The position numbers and the translations under genes were made by a program. A DNA stretch of 64,000 nt from Bugula neritina (lineage: Eukaryota > Animalia > Bryozoa), in assembly GCA_964035545.1 (NCBI GenBank), contig OZ037771.1, forward strand, positions 15,161,289 through 15,225,288, read 5' to 3'. The notes below the pieces were generated by a model, which was given only the letters and a program-made list of their open reading frames with translations, did no database searches and was not told where the DNA came from. Positions 38,342 to 50,700 of this stretch are shown here, in pieces. Each line of letters starts with the position of its first letter. Position 1 is the stretch's first letter.

Positions 38342-40282
38342 TATAAATATATGATAATATTTCAAATTGAAGCTCAAGCTGTAACAAAGTCGAAATTATT
38401 TTCGATTGCTGTGGGTTAGAACTAGAGGTTTGCTTGACCTTGGAGTGAAACTCAAACTGAAAATACTGGCAAACGCTATAAATATGAAGCCAGTATTAAA
38501 AACTATTGTTTACCGTTGATTTTAATTACTAATTATAAACTACTCTCCTTATTTAACAAGGCAAACTTGGGGTAGGCCGAAATCTTTATTAGTTGCTCGG
38601 TCAACAATTATTGCACGGATGTCGAAAACTTTAAAATAAAACGGAATCTCTAAAGGTTTTTAACCTTAGTTTTTCACGTTATTATATGCAATCAAACGAG
38701 TGTTCATTTTGAGTTCTCGAACAATAACGTAGCCTTGCTTATCGTGTATGTTCCCTTTTCGCTATTCCACCTTGCTATTGTTCCATTTATTAATCGCTCA
38801 TGTGACAGACACGTGATCACAGCTGATCTAAATGCAGTAGATAATAATATTATTGTTATTATTTAAGTTTAGTTTCGATGCTATTATGATTATCACCAAT
38901 CATCATCATGGGTCAAAAGAGAAGGGCAGAAGTTGTAAACTTCAGTTTGTATTTTAGTAACAAGCATTTAATGAGCTTTGCACTAGCGTAATCAAACTTA
39001 AATTAGATAAAATCCCAATAGTTCTTTTCAATAATTTCCATGATGATGATCTATCAATTTGATAACCCAAATATAAAAAAGTTTGGTGTTTCATGATTCT
39101 AATTTTCAACAAAACTGTTAAAGTTTAAACTTTAACATTGAAAATAAAATATTACTATACTTATTGTGATGATCATTGTGATTGTCATAATCAGTATTGA
39201 ACTTGGTATAACTTTTAAGACTAAATGTTCTCCTCATCAGTGTTGTATTTGTAAAAAACAATCAACCTGCTATTCAGTCCTGTAATTTCAACTTCAATGA
39301 CAAATACCTCTTTTTTCCCTATAATATTATTAATAGCTGCTATATTGGGATTTTAGTGCAGACTTTGACATATTGGCCATGACTTTTAGATACTTAGTAT
39401 TTTTCAAATAGACTGGTGTCAATTGAAAGTTGTAGAATGAAGAGTTGTAGATATTATTCAACTTTATTTGCTAGTCCTAGTCATACTAATATTCATAATG
39501 CGACTTCTCTCACTCAAATTGGCTTTACTACATCCATGACTACTGCAATAATCCGCAACTCATTTATTAATTATAATTAATTCACATTTATAGTTCTCTT
39601 CACTGGAGTATATAATATCATTTTCCAACTTGAGTTAGGTTTGATTTACACTTAGGTCTGTATTCCTATATTACTAGTAGAGTATAAATTATCACCATGT
39701 GCTTTTTTCTTAAATCGGGATTTTATATTTAATTGATTTAAAATGCCAAAAATCTTTGTTTATGAAATAGCAGAACAATACCTAGAATATCTAATCAGTA
39801 TATCTTTAGGACTGCTATACATCTTATATGATAAAGCTATTTGTTAGTTACTAAGTTTATTATATCAGTTAGGCATGATATACTATTGCTAGCATTGCAT
39901 CTGACTCAAGTATCAACACCGACTAAACAGCAAATACTTTTTATCAGTTTGGCTAAATAGCTTCAAATTTGCTTTGTGAAATTATTGATGCATATACAAT
40001 CGCGCAGTACCTATGGAATAGTGTATGCAGCATGTGTACAATGTATTTCATGTGATAGCTTTTCATATCAATGTTATTGTTTTTATACAGGTTACAATAG
40101 CTTTTATCTATCTAGTAGTTTATATTACACTAATCACTAACCATATCATTTGATAATATATTCAATACCAATCTTGCATCACATGCTTGTAGTACTTTTG
40201 ATAGGTACTGGACAAGATAGAAACAGATAATAAGGTTATTATTACTATATATATAGTTGTAGTGTATTCAGTCTAAAAATTT

Positions 40283-41275
40283 ACACTGTACTAGTAGTAT
40301 ATTAGTATTACACTGTACTAGTAATATATTAGTATTACACTGTACTAGTAATATATTAGTATTACACTGTACTAGTAATATATTAGTATTACACTGTACT
40401 AGTAGTATATTAGTATTACACTGTACTAGTAATATATTAGTATTACACTGTACTAGTAGTATATTAGTATTACACTGTACTAGTAGTATATTAGTATTAC
40501 ACTGTACTAGTAGTATATTAGTATTACACTGTACCAGTAGTATATTAGTATTACACTGTACTAGTAGTATATTAGTATTACACTGTACTAGTAGTATATT
40601 AGTATTACACTGTACTAGTAGTATATTAGTATTACACTGTACTAGTAGTATATTAGCATTACACTGTACTAGTAATATATTAGTATTACACTGTACTAAT
40701 AGTATATTAGTATTACACTGTACTAATAGTATATTAGTATTACACTGTACTAGTAATATATTAGTATTACACTGTACTAGTAATATATTAGTATTACACT
40801 GTACTAGTAGTATATTAGTATTACACTGTACTAGTAGTATATTAGTATTACACTGTACTGGTAATATATTAGTATTACACTGTACTAGTAATATATTAGT
40901 ATTACACTGTACTAGTAATATATTAGTATTACACTGTACTAGTAGTATATTAGTATTACACTGTACTAGTAGTATATTAGTATTACACTGTACTAGTAAT
41001 ATATTAGTATTACACTGTACTAGTAGTATATTAGTATTACACTGTACTAGTAGTATATTAGTATTACACTGTACTAGTAGTATATTAGTATTACACTGTA
41101 CTAGTAATATATTAGTATTACACTGTACTAGTAATATATTAGTATTACAATGTACTAGTAATATATTAGTATTACACTGTACTAGTAATATATTAGTATT
41201 ACACTGTACTAGTAGTATATTAGTATTACAATATACTAGTAGTATATTAGTATTACAATATACTAGTAGTATATT
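40283..41275. repeat. 27-bp minisatellite (ATTACACTGTACTAGTARTATATTAGT), about 37 copies
   Basis: Direct periodicity, about 300 bp upstream of the LAMP ATG. Confidence 0.95.
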
Positions 41276-41468
41276 GAGATATCAAAAGGGTTGAGTCACT
41301 ACCTCATTGTTAACATAGCTATCTATGCAAAGAACAATGTTATTAGAGTGGTATTCTATATTCAGTAAACTCAGTTTCAGTGATAAACCAATGACATTGT
41401 GCATTGTATCAGCAGTCATATCAGAGCGGGATTTGTGATAACACCATGTTATCTGGTCAATAGTTGAA

Positions 41469-41490
41469 GTCACATGACCTCTTCACATGA
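41469..41490 (+). promoter_or_regulatory. Paired CLEAR/M-box-like motifs (GTCACATGAC, TCACATGA) upstream of LAMP
   Basis: Two TCATGTGA-type E-boxes 80-100 bp before the LAMP ATG; lysosomal genes are known MiT/TFE targets. Confidence 0.5.
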
Positions 41491-41568
41491 TAAAGTATCA
41501 CACTTCAGCTGTTTCATTATAATATTCCTTTAGTTCAACGGAGGGTTTTGAAAGCAACAAACTAGAAA

Positions 41569-42282
41569 ATGGAAAGTTTACAGATTTTACTGATGATCTG
41601 TTGTAAGTTGCAATTTCCTCTTATACATTATACTTATATTATATATAATATTATATTACCTACATTATATTCTGTTATACTATGCCCTGTTCTGTTCATT
41701 TCTGTTATATTCAATTTTACTTTGCATGTCATATTAAACTATAATTTAATATTTTACCATGTTATTCTATATTCCAAACTACTATATTTTATTTCAATTG
41801 CTATATACTTTTTATCATATTCTATTATATTATATTGTGTGGGTCACATATTATATTCTCATTTCATCACTTAGTTGCAATTACTAGTATGTAACTGGTA
41901 AGGATATGTTCTTTTGCTAACGTATTTTATCTAAATTAATAATGCGAGTATTACAGTCGCTGCCTTACATATGTTACAGTCATCACCTTAAGTTCAGGAT
42001 ACACATTTGAGTATACAGATGATGCTGACACATTTGCTTGTCTCAGAGTGAAGTCTAACTTCACCATTGTTATAAACTATGAGGTAATATGGTATCCATG
42101 TTTATATTCATTTGGTGTATTTCTTTAATCTTATGGTACATCAGCTTGAATAATTGGGTCCTATAAGTTGAATTTATTGCTTATAATAATTTAACAAAAG
42201 CACTTATAAATTTCTGATTAGTCACGGATGGTTTTATAAAATTTGGTTTTTATTTGGTTTTGATATAGTAGTAAAAATATCG

Positions 42283-42371
<89 letters not shown>

Positions 42372-42631
42372 AATCTGTGGACAGCAGCTGTTTCGGGATT
42401 TGTCCCCTCATCAGCACAGAACAGAGTACCATGGCCCACACCTTCGCAATAGTAAAACTTATAGTTTTACTAAAGCATATTTAAAAGGTGTGTAAACTCA
42501 AGCCAGAGTGCTCAAGTAACTCTAGGGGTCACCTAGGAGTCACGAGCATTGCAAAATGCTAGCAGCTTGAGTTTGTGACCATGGTGAGAGTGCTCAATCA
42601 TTTAATGTCATTGCTGAGCATTAAATGAGAG

Positions 42632-42707
<76 letters not shown>

Positions 42708-45700
42708 TTAATATGATTTCATCACAATTTCTAAATTAGGAATTCAAATAATCTCAGTACGTTATCATATAGCAACTGTATAATCACCATTCATGGTAAT
42801 TATATAAAGCTGGTTTTCACCTGTTTGCGTGTACCCACCCTTGCTCAAAGGTTAGTGGTAAAGGAAAGACAATTTCTAATAATAATGTGTTTTTACTTCA
42901 GACAAAAGATGGAATGAGATCACAGCCGGTATTGCTAGCCGGCTCAGACGGGAGTGAGGGGTCTTGTGAGACAGAGGGCGGGGGTCCTTATGTGACATAC
43001 ACTCAATACCCTCCTGAATCCGTGGTTACCTCCATTTCCTTCACGTTTGAGAAGTCTAAACAGAATGTTTCCTCGCTAAGTATTAGCCTGACGTATGATC
43101 CACACCTTCTGGACTATTCCATAGAACGTAGGTCCTTCTATCAGTGTTCAGTTTCTTTTTTAATATAGAAAAGAAAACTCCAACTATGACTTAACAATGT
43201 TCAAATAAGGAATCATAGGGTTGGTTGGTTGGTTGCAAGTTGAAAATTGATAAGATTAACCTGTAAAGCTGAAAGTTGTAAGCAGTGGCAGCGTTCACCT
43301 ATGACCTCAAGTGTGAGAAATCGGTACCTCAGATGCTGCTCTTCATTTTAGTTGCTTTTAGAGAAATACTTGGCGTTTGAAAGCTGCCATTCTCAATGGG
43401 CCATTCTAGTTAAGTTAGTAACAGCTTGGGTCGGGAGTAGATTGAGTAGTTTTAGAAGTGTCTTGTCTCTTTTTTCTTCAGTTAACTAGAAGGAAATTCT
43501 TCATCCTAGCAGTTGTAACTGATCAAATTCTAAAGAACGTGACAATTTTATTGCCGATGGAAAAGTTGGTTATAACATTGAGTGATGCACTGGTTTGATT
43601 TCAGCTGAGAAAGCTGTCACGGTTGATTTAGCAAGTCCAATACCTCTGTCAGACACCGGTCACTCTTACTACTGCAACAAAACTCAGATGTATCAGATGG
43701 GAAACGTCACCCTCTCCATCTACTACATGCAGGCTCAAGGATATGGCATGGTTAATGGCACCTTCAGCCCTCCAGCTGGTACGTTATTCAGCCCTCCAGC
43801 TGGTATGCTATGAGTAGTGCTTAAGATGGCAAACGTTTCGGCACTTTCACCAAACACACCATTTTTCATGCCCAGTTTTTTTTCATTCCTACTCTAAATT
43901 TTTATAGTCGAGCTGAATTTAATTGAGTCTTCAAAGACAAATTAATTTTATATTAGTAAATATTTTTCACTACTTTGGCAACAATGACAAAGGAATTTGG
44001 TTTTCTATTCGTGTAAGAGCTGTTACAAATCTTAGATCATTTTTCTTCAAGATCATTGATGATAACATATCGCTCAACTCACTTTGCTGTATTCAATCAA
44101 TGTTTCTGTTTTAGTTGATCATTGTTCACCACATATTTTACCAACTACAACTAGAAGGACCACACCTACTACAAAGACCACACCTACTACAAAGACCACA
44201 CCTACCACAAAAACTACTCCTACCACAAAAACCACACCTACTACAATAACTACTCCTACCACAAAAACCACTCCTACTACAAAAACCACTCCTACCACAA
44301 AGACCACACCTACCACAAAAACCACACCCACTACAAAGACCACACCCACTACAAAGACCACACCCACTACAAAGACCACACCTACTACAAAAACTACACC
44401 TACCACAAAGACCACGCCTACTACAAAGGCCACACCTACTACAAAAACCACACCCACTACAAAGACCACTCCTACCACAAAAACCACACCTACCACAAAG
44501 ACCACACCTATCACAAAGACCACACCTACAACAACTGCAAAGCCCTCAGACGTTGACACTTTTGCCGTGAAAGATGATGGAAAGATCTGTCTATTACTAA
44601 AAGCATCTTTAGAGTTGCACATCAAGTATAAAGTATCTAACAAGGTACTGACTATATCATGTCAATTTTATTATTAAACTTTTATGACTTGTTATATAAG
44701 CTGGATAATTAAATTGCATTCTGTTATTTGAACTTCACTTACTGTCTATTTATCTTACCATTATACCCTTTTACGTGAGCAGACAAAGAGTGTAGACGTG
44801 ACAGCACCCGCCCGACCTCGATTCAATGGTAGCTGTAGCTCCACTATGGACATGCTGGTGATAGAGTGGGAGGATAAAGTAGTATCAGTCAACATGACTT
44901 TGGAGTTTACTAATAGTAGCAGTAACTTCAGTCTCTCTACTGTTGTCATGACTTACACTATACTAGATGATAGTAAGTTTACTAGAGCATAGTAAGTATA
45001 TTAGATGATAGTAAGTGTACTAAGAGATAGTAAGTATACTTACACTAACTTACACTTGTGCTTCATTTCAGAATTCACAGGAAATGCGATGGTGAGCAAC
45101 CTGAGTGATTTCTCCACGCAGCTGGGTAACTACTACTCCTGTGATTCCAGTACAAACATTTCTCTCAACAAAGATGTCTCTCTGTCTATGAAGTCCGTCA
45201 AACTGCAGGTCTTCAGAAATAAAAATGAAACGGGTTTCTACGGTGCAGGTGAGTTTCAGTTGACAGAAATAGGTGACCTAACACTTAACAGTCTGTGTTT
45301 TATAAACTTTCAGCAAAACTTGTGTTTTAGCAAGGAAATATAACACTTACATCTTGTAGATAAGTAGACACTCTATAATATTTAATTCGAGTACATATAC
45401 TGTATTGTGTAAATGTCACAGAACAGCTCCTGAGTTGACACAAACTTACATTTCTGACTCTTTCTGTTCGGTAAATTTCCCTTCTTATATTTTTTTATGA
45501 TTAATTTTCTTTCATATCCATAGAAAGCCAATTGATTGTATAGAAACGTTTGTAGAGTAGTGATTCACTTGCTTCTATTCTAATATCTCCATCATTCATT
45601 TTCCTGCCTTCAATTACAAAGAGACTTATAAAAATTGCATTCAAACAGCCAATAAGATTTATTAGTATAAGCTGTAGTGTTTGCCATGAATTCAGAGTTA

Positions 45701-45981
45701 TCTTTCCTTGAAAACAAGCAATATATGTTGAGAAGACAACTCTATAGCTTGTGGAAGTTACAAGCTATCTGTAGCTTTCACAAGCTATTGAGTTAACATA
45801 TTCATATGATTTACCTACAGAAAACAAGTGCAGTTCAGGGAGCTCAGATAATCCAGTGGACACTGTGATACCTATCGTGGTTGGCTGTGTACTCGGTGGT
45901 CTTGTTATCATCGTTGTCATTGGCTATATTATTGGCAGAAGGCGGGCTAGAGCTCAGAACAACTACGAGACTCTCCCTTGA
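41569..45981 (+). CDS. LAMP: Lysosome-associated membrane glycoprotein (LAMP1/2-like), 531 aa, 8 exons
   Basis: Exons 41569-41602, 41980-42083, 42902-43127, 43605-43778, 44115-44644, 44783-44972, 45072-45248, 45821-45981. Two Cys-paired luminal domains with a (TTKTTP)n hinge. [25 protein letters not shown], tail [15 protein letters not shown]. Confidence 0.92.
42286..42705 (-). mobile_element. About 265-bp ribozyme-bearing element (Penelope-like/retrozyme fragment) between two (TA)n tracts
   Basis: Unique sequence 42369-42634 flanked by (TA)n on both sides and carrying the hammerhead. Confidence 0.55.
42374..42420 (-). ncRNA. Minimal type I hammerhead ribozyme
   Basis: Minus strand TCTGTG-CTGATGA-GGGGACAAATCCC-GAAA-CAGCTGCTG-TC|CACAGA: complete catalytic core, stems I and II, short stem III. 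Confidence 0.85.
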
Positions 45982-47770
45982 GTACCTTCAACGAGCCGGT
46001 CACATAACACGTACATTGAATGTTGCTAAACCACCTATTTATCATCTTATATATTTCGAGTATGACATACCAATTTATGCAGTGTTTTTTCTTGTTTTAC
46101 AAGTTTTATATTATACTAAAGTTAAATTTGTTTACCATAATTTTTCCAAATCTTGTGCAAAGCCATGGTGCAGTGTGTGAATATTTTATTAATTTATTAG
46201 TCATATCATTGAAGTTTCAAAATTTATAAACTAAGTTATACAATCTCTATAGTACTTACTATCCAGTTTGTTTTTAGATCTTTTCATGTGTTTTTGTAAA
46301 ATGACAATAAAAAGGCTCATAAAAAAGCATTGCGTTATTTATTCTCCTATATACTAAAAACCTGAGCTTATACTAAACAAATAAAGTAATATGTTTACTA
46401 TGATACAGTCTGTTGAACTGACTCTACAGTCTATAAACAGAGAGCTGAGCAGATCTATTTATAGCTCTACAAAAGCTGCCATGGTACCTGTAAGTTGTCT
46501 ACACCTGCTTTCCTTCTTGCAGCTCTCTTAACAGATCAATCTTTCTATAACCCTTTTTCCTAATGCTTTCCAAAATAGAAACAAAAATATTTCGAAAGTA
46601 AATAAACATTTTTATTTTAAAATGTTGGAAGTTTTACATATAAATCATATTCTTAGGCAGCTACTAAAAAATTCGAAACTGAAATGCTGTTGTATAAAAT
46701 AGCAAAATGTACGCAGTTGTTGAAAACTTAACTGGCAACATAATTGTTAATTTATAAACTAAATAAAACACCGGTTACTTTTTCATATAAATAATCTTTG
46801 ATTTGAAATCCATTGTAAAATATTAATAGTTGCCAAGTGTTTATAGATAGTTATATCAGCTTTGTTTGTAAAGATTGTTTCTTTTACTGATCATTATATG
46901 AAAATACATGTAGTATTATATTCATATAATATATAGTAGAATACTTATACTCAAATTCTCATAAGACTCCTATCAAAAATAAAAATTTAAGCAATCTACA
47001 AACTTACATCAGATTGTCAAAATAAAATATTTCTGCAGCTTTAATAAAAAACACGAAGTTTGCCAAACAACATCAATATCAAGCAAAAATAGTATATATG
47101 GCGTTGTTAAAAACTAAACAATAGCTGACCATCAAGTCTAATATGTACAAATTATACAATCAGGTATCTACATTTGGATATTCAAGTAGCAAATTGTAAA
47201 AGTTATTCAAACTTCTATGCCATTCGAAGTCAAATTGATGCAAATAGTGCTAAAATACTTTTCATGTAGGGCTAAAAATATATCATGATTATTCTACTGT
47301 GGATATTATTGTACAGTGTGCTGTAATTAATGTGATATATTACAAGCTAAGTTATTATATAACATAGTATCTGCATTATTAGTTGCGTTATAATGAATTA
47401 TGGTATCATGTTAGACTACATTACTTATTACAATATTATGTAAAATAATACTATGGTATAAGATAATGTAATATATTACTATATTATCTATATACCACAT
47501 TATTATAGCTATAGTGTAGTATAATAATGTAATATAGTAACATATATATAGTTAAGTAACATATTATCACCATGCAATATAATATAATTGCATATAATAA
47601 CATAATATTATAATAATGTAATATAATATAATGACATATAATAAAAATGTATGCCATCACACGAAAGCCCTTGAGTTTATAGCTGGTAGCTAAAATACTA
47701 TTGAAAGTAGATTTCTTACAGAAAGCAACTTGGCTATTTCCTTAACTGGTAGAAATAAAAAACCTTCCAA

Positions 47771-50700
47771 TTAAAGATGAGCAAAAGTTGTGCGAACTGT
47801 TCCCCTTACTTCCTGTCTACACAGGGGGCACTGCACCATGGCAGGGGCACACGTAGCACAGCACACTAAAATATAACATACAGTACAGTACTGACGACAG
47901 CGTAATATACATTCCTTGGGCAGCAAGCTACAGTAGAGTACTGATGACAGCGCAATATACATTCCTTGGGCAGCAAGCTACAGTAGAGTACTGATGACAG
48001 CGCAATATACATTCCTTGGGCAGCAAGCTACAGTAGAGTACTGATGACAGCGCAATATACATTCCTTGGGCAGCAAACTACAGGTTGATGGACTTAATAA
48101 AATTACTCATTAAAATATTGAATTCGGAATAGAATAAAGGTTCTGCCACAGGAAGCAGAATTTATGCAGTGAACAAACGATTTGTGAGCTGCCCACTACA
48201 CACAATACGTAGTCAGTGAGACTGAAACTAGAGTAACCAATTGTCCAGCGAGGTGCACTAACTAAAAATATTTTAACTTCGGCTAGCCTTTGTTTTAGGA
48301 CTGTGAATTGTTAAATGTAGTGCTAGCCGGAAAGCAGGCTAAATGCTAAACGAGCTACTCACCAAAGTGGCCACAGGGAAGGAACACAATGCCCAGTGGA
48401 TTCTCTAAGCACACTTTGCATGTAAAGAACATCTGCAGTTCTCTCCCTGAAGCTGCAAATAAATTAGTGGTAACTTTACTCTTCCCTATCCAGTCTGCTG
48501 CTATGCTAGGCTGTAGCAAACACATACAGGAAGCAGACATGCATACTCGGCATTGTGGGAGCCTCCATCAGGTTCATCGTCTGCTCATCTTCTCTCTGTG
48601 CGCCTTCTCCTTCTTCGTTCACAGCAGGATCTGAACTAGTGGCTTCTGCGGTTTCCATTTCTCGCTCCTCACCATTCTCAGCTCCTTCTGGTTGCTGTAC
48701 AACTTCTGGTACCGGAATTTCCAGCTCTATTTCTTGTCTCACCTGGGTGAGCTGCTCATTGTCTCCCGACCTTTTCAATATGGCCGCCACTAAATCTCTG
48801 GCGTATAGAAAGTCACTTTGACCATACTATAACAAAAAAGTTATTACTTTTAAAACCACACAATTAAAACTGGTACTGTGGCACGTTTTTCATTAAGAAA
48901 ATATAGAAAAACTGTTGTTGAAAACTTAACAACTAAAATTTATACTATATATTGATTACTCTAAAAACAGACACTTTTGTTAAGTTTTACAAATTAATGT
49001 AGAATAATTTATTCAACACCTGCAAACATTTAAAGTGATATGAACGGGTGCACCATATCTAACATATACACATGTTTGTTTCATCAGTGAATTTATCTCA
49101 GAGTCAAGAGAAACAAGAGAGATTACTCCACAAAAGGCAAGACAACGGCCATAGAGCACTAATTATCACATTAACTTGTACCAAGTTGCATACAGATTTC
49201 ATAAACAAATTACTGATGGTGCTTCTCCTTCCAATAATGTAACTGATATGATAAACTACAAAGGATGACCCTCTCCCCAGTCTCTCTACTTCTCTAACTA
49301 AGCCTAGATACCAGCACTAGACCACGAGAAGAAAGGGACGACCCCCTCCCCCCCTAACCTTGATGTTGAGAATGAGAGCTGCTCTAACATCTTCTCTCCT
49401 GTAGGCAGGGTCTGTCATATCCAGTACTGCCTGCGCAGCTGGACTGTCCATTCTGGGTCTCAGCATTCTGGTCGTGACAATCTGGAGGAGAGAATGAGTA
49501 ACTTACACGTACATACAGTACTTACTGTGAGGTAACTTACATGTAGATACAGTACTTACTGTGAGGTAACTTACATATACATACAGTACTTACTGTGAGA
49601 TAACTTACACGTACATACAGTACTTACTGTGAGGTAACTTACATATACATACAGTGCTTACTGTGAGGTAACTTACACGTACATACAGTACTTACTGTGA
49701 GGTAACTTACACGTACATACAGTACTTACTGTGAGGTAACTCACATGTACATACAGTACTTACTGTGAGATAACTTACATATACATACAGTACTTACTGT
49801 GATGTAACTTACATATACATACAGTACTTACTGTGAGGTAACTTACACGTACATACAGTACTTACTGTGAGGTAACTTACATGTATATACAGTACTTAAA
49901 GTTATTTAGTTTCTGATAATAAAGACATAGTGCAAACCTATATTATAATTTATGTATATTATATATAATACCTATATGTACATTATATATACTATTCACC
50001 TGTATGTTATATATATACTATTCACTTGTATAATATATATATATATATACTGTACTATTCACCTGTATGTTATACATACTTTTCATCTGTACATATTTAC
50101 TGTATAATTAGATATTGTAGTGAATTTTGCCAGTTCACTATTATTATTGTGTGGGTCTACTTAGTCAAAGCCACTGCACCAGGTTGTTTACGATAAGATA
50201 CTTTATTATTTACACAAATACAAGAAGGTTATTTACTGCTAGCATGAATAGAAAACGATTACATAATTAGTGAGCTTTAATACACAACTACTCTAAATGA
50301 AGTCCCAAGCTGCTCTGCCGGCTAGCTACTCAGCGCACTGCAACTACGAGTAGCTAGCTCCACCTGCTGTTAATTAGTGTCACTGTCCTGATTGGTGGCT
50401 ACTAATGGTGCCACTACTGTCCATAGTTACACTCCGACAGTGTCGAACTCACAAGATACATAAACAATATAGAGTAAACCTTTTCGATTAATATAATAAG
50501 AATTGCACTACTAAAATCTATCACACTCTCCTCGCCTATCGAAAAGTACTCTCTAGACTTAATATTTACATGACAGTAACACACGAATAATGATGAAGGT
50601 AACATAGGGTTTTACAAAACTAGGGGTACACTTGAACAAGAGAAATATATATACAGAGTAGATAACATAAGTATAATAAACGAGTCTTCATGCCGTAGTC

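Noticed and set aside
40283-41275. CRISPR-like array
   Set aside because: Head-to-tail repeats with no unique spacers, in eukaryotic DNA with no cas genes.
50116-50135. Gypsy LTR as autonomous partner of the TRIM (both show TGTAGTG at one end)
   Set aside because: The match is short and at opposite ends relative to element orientation, and TSD length (4 vs 5) and PBS differ.
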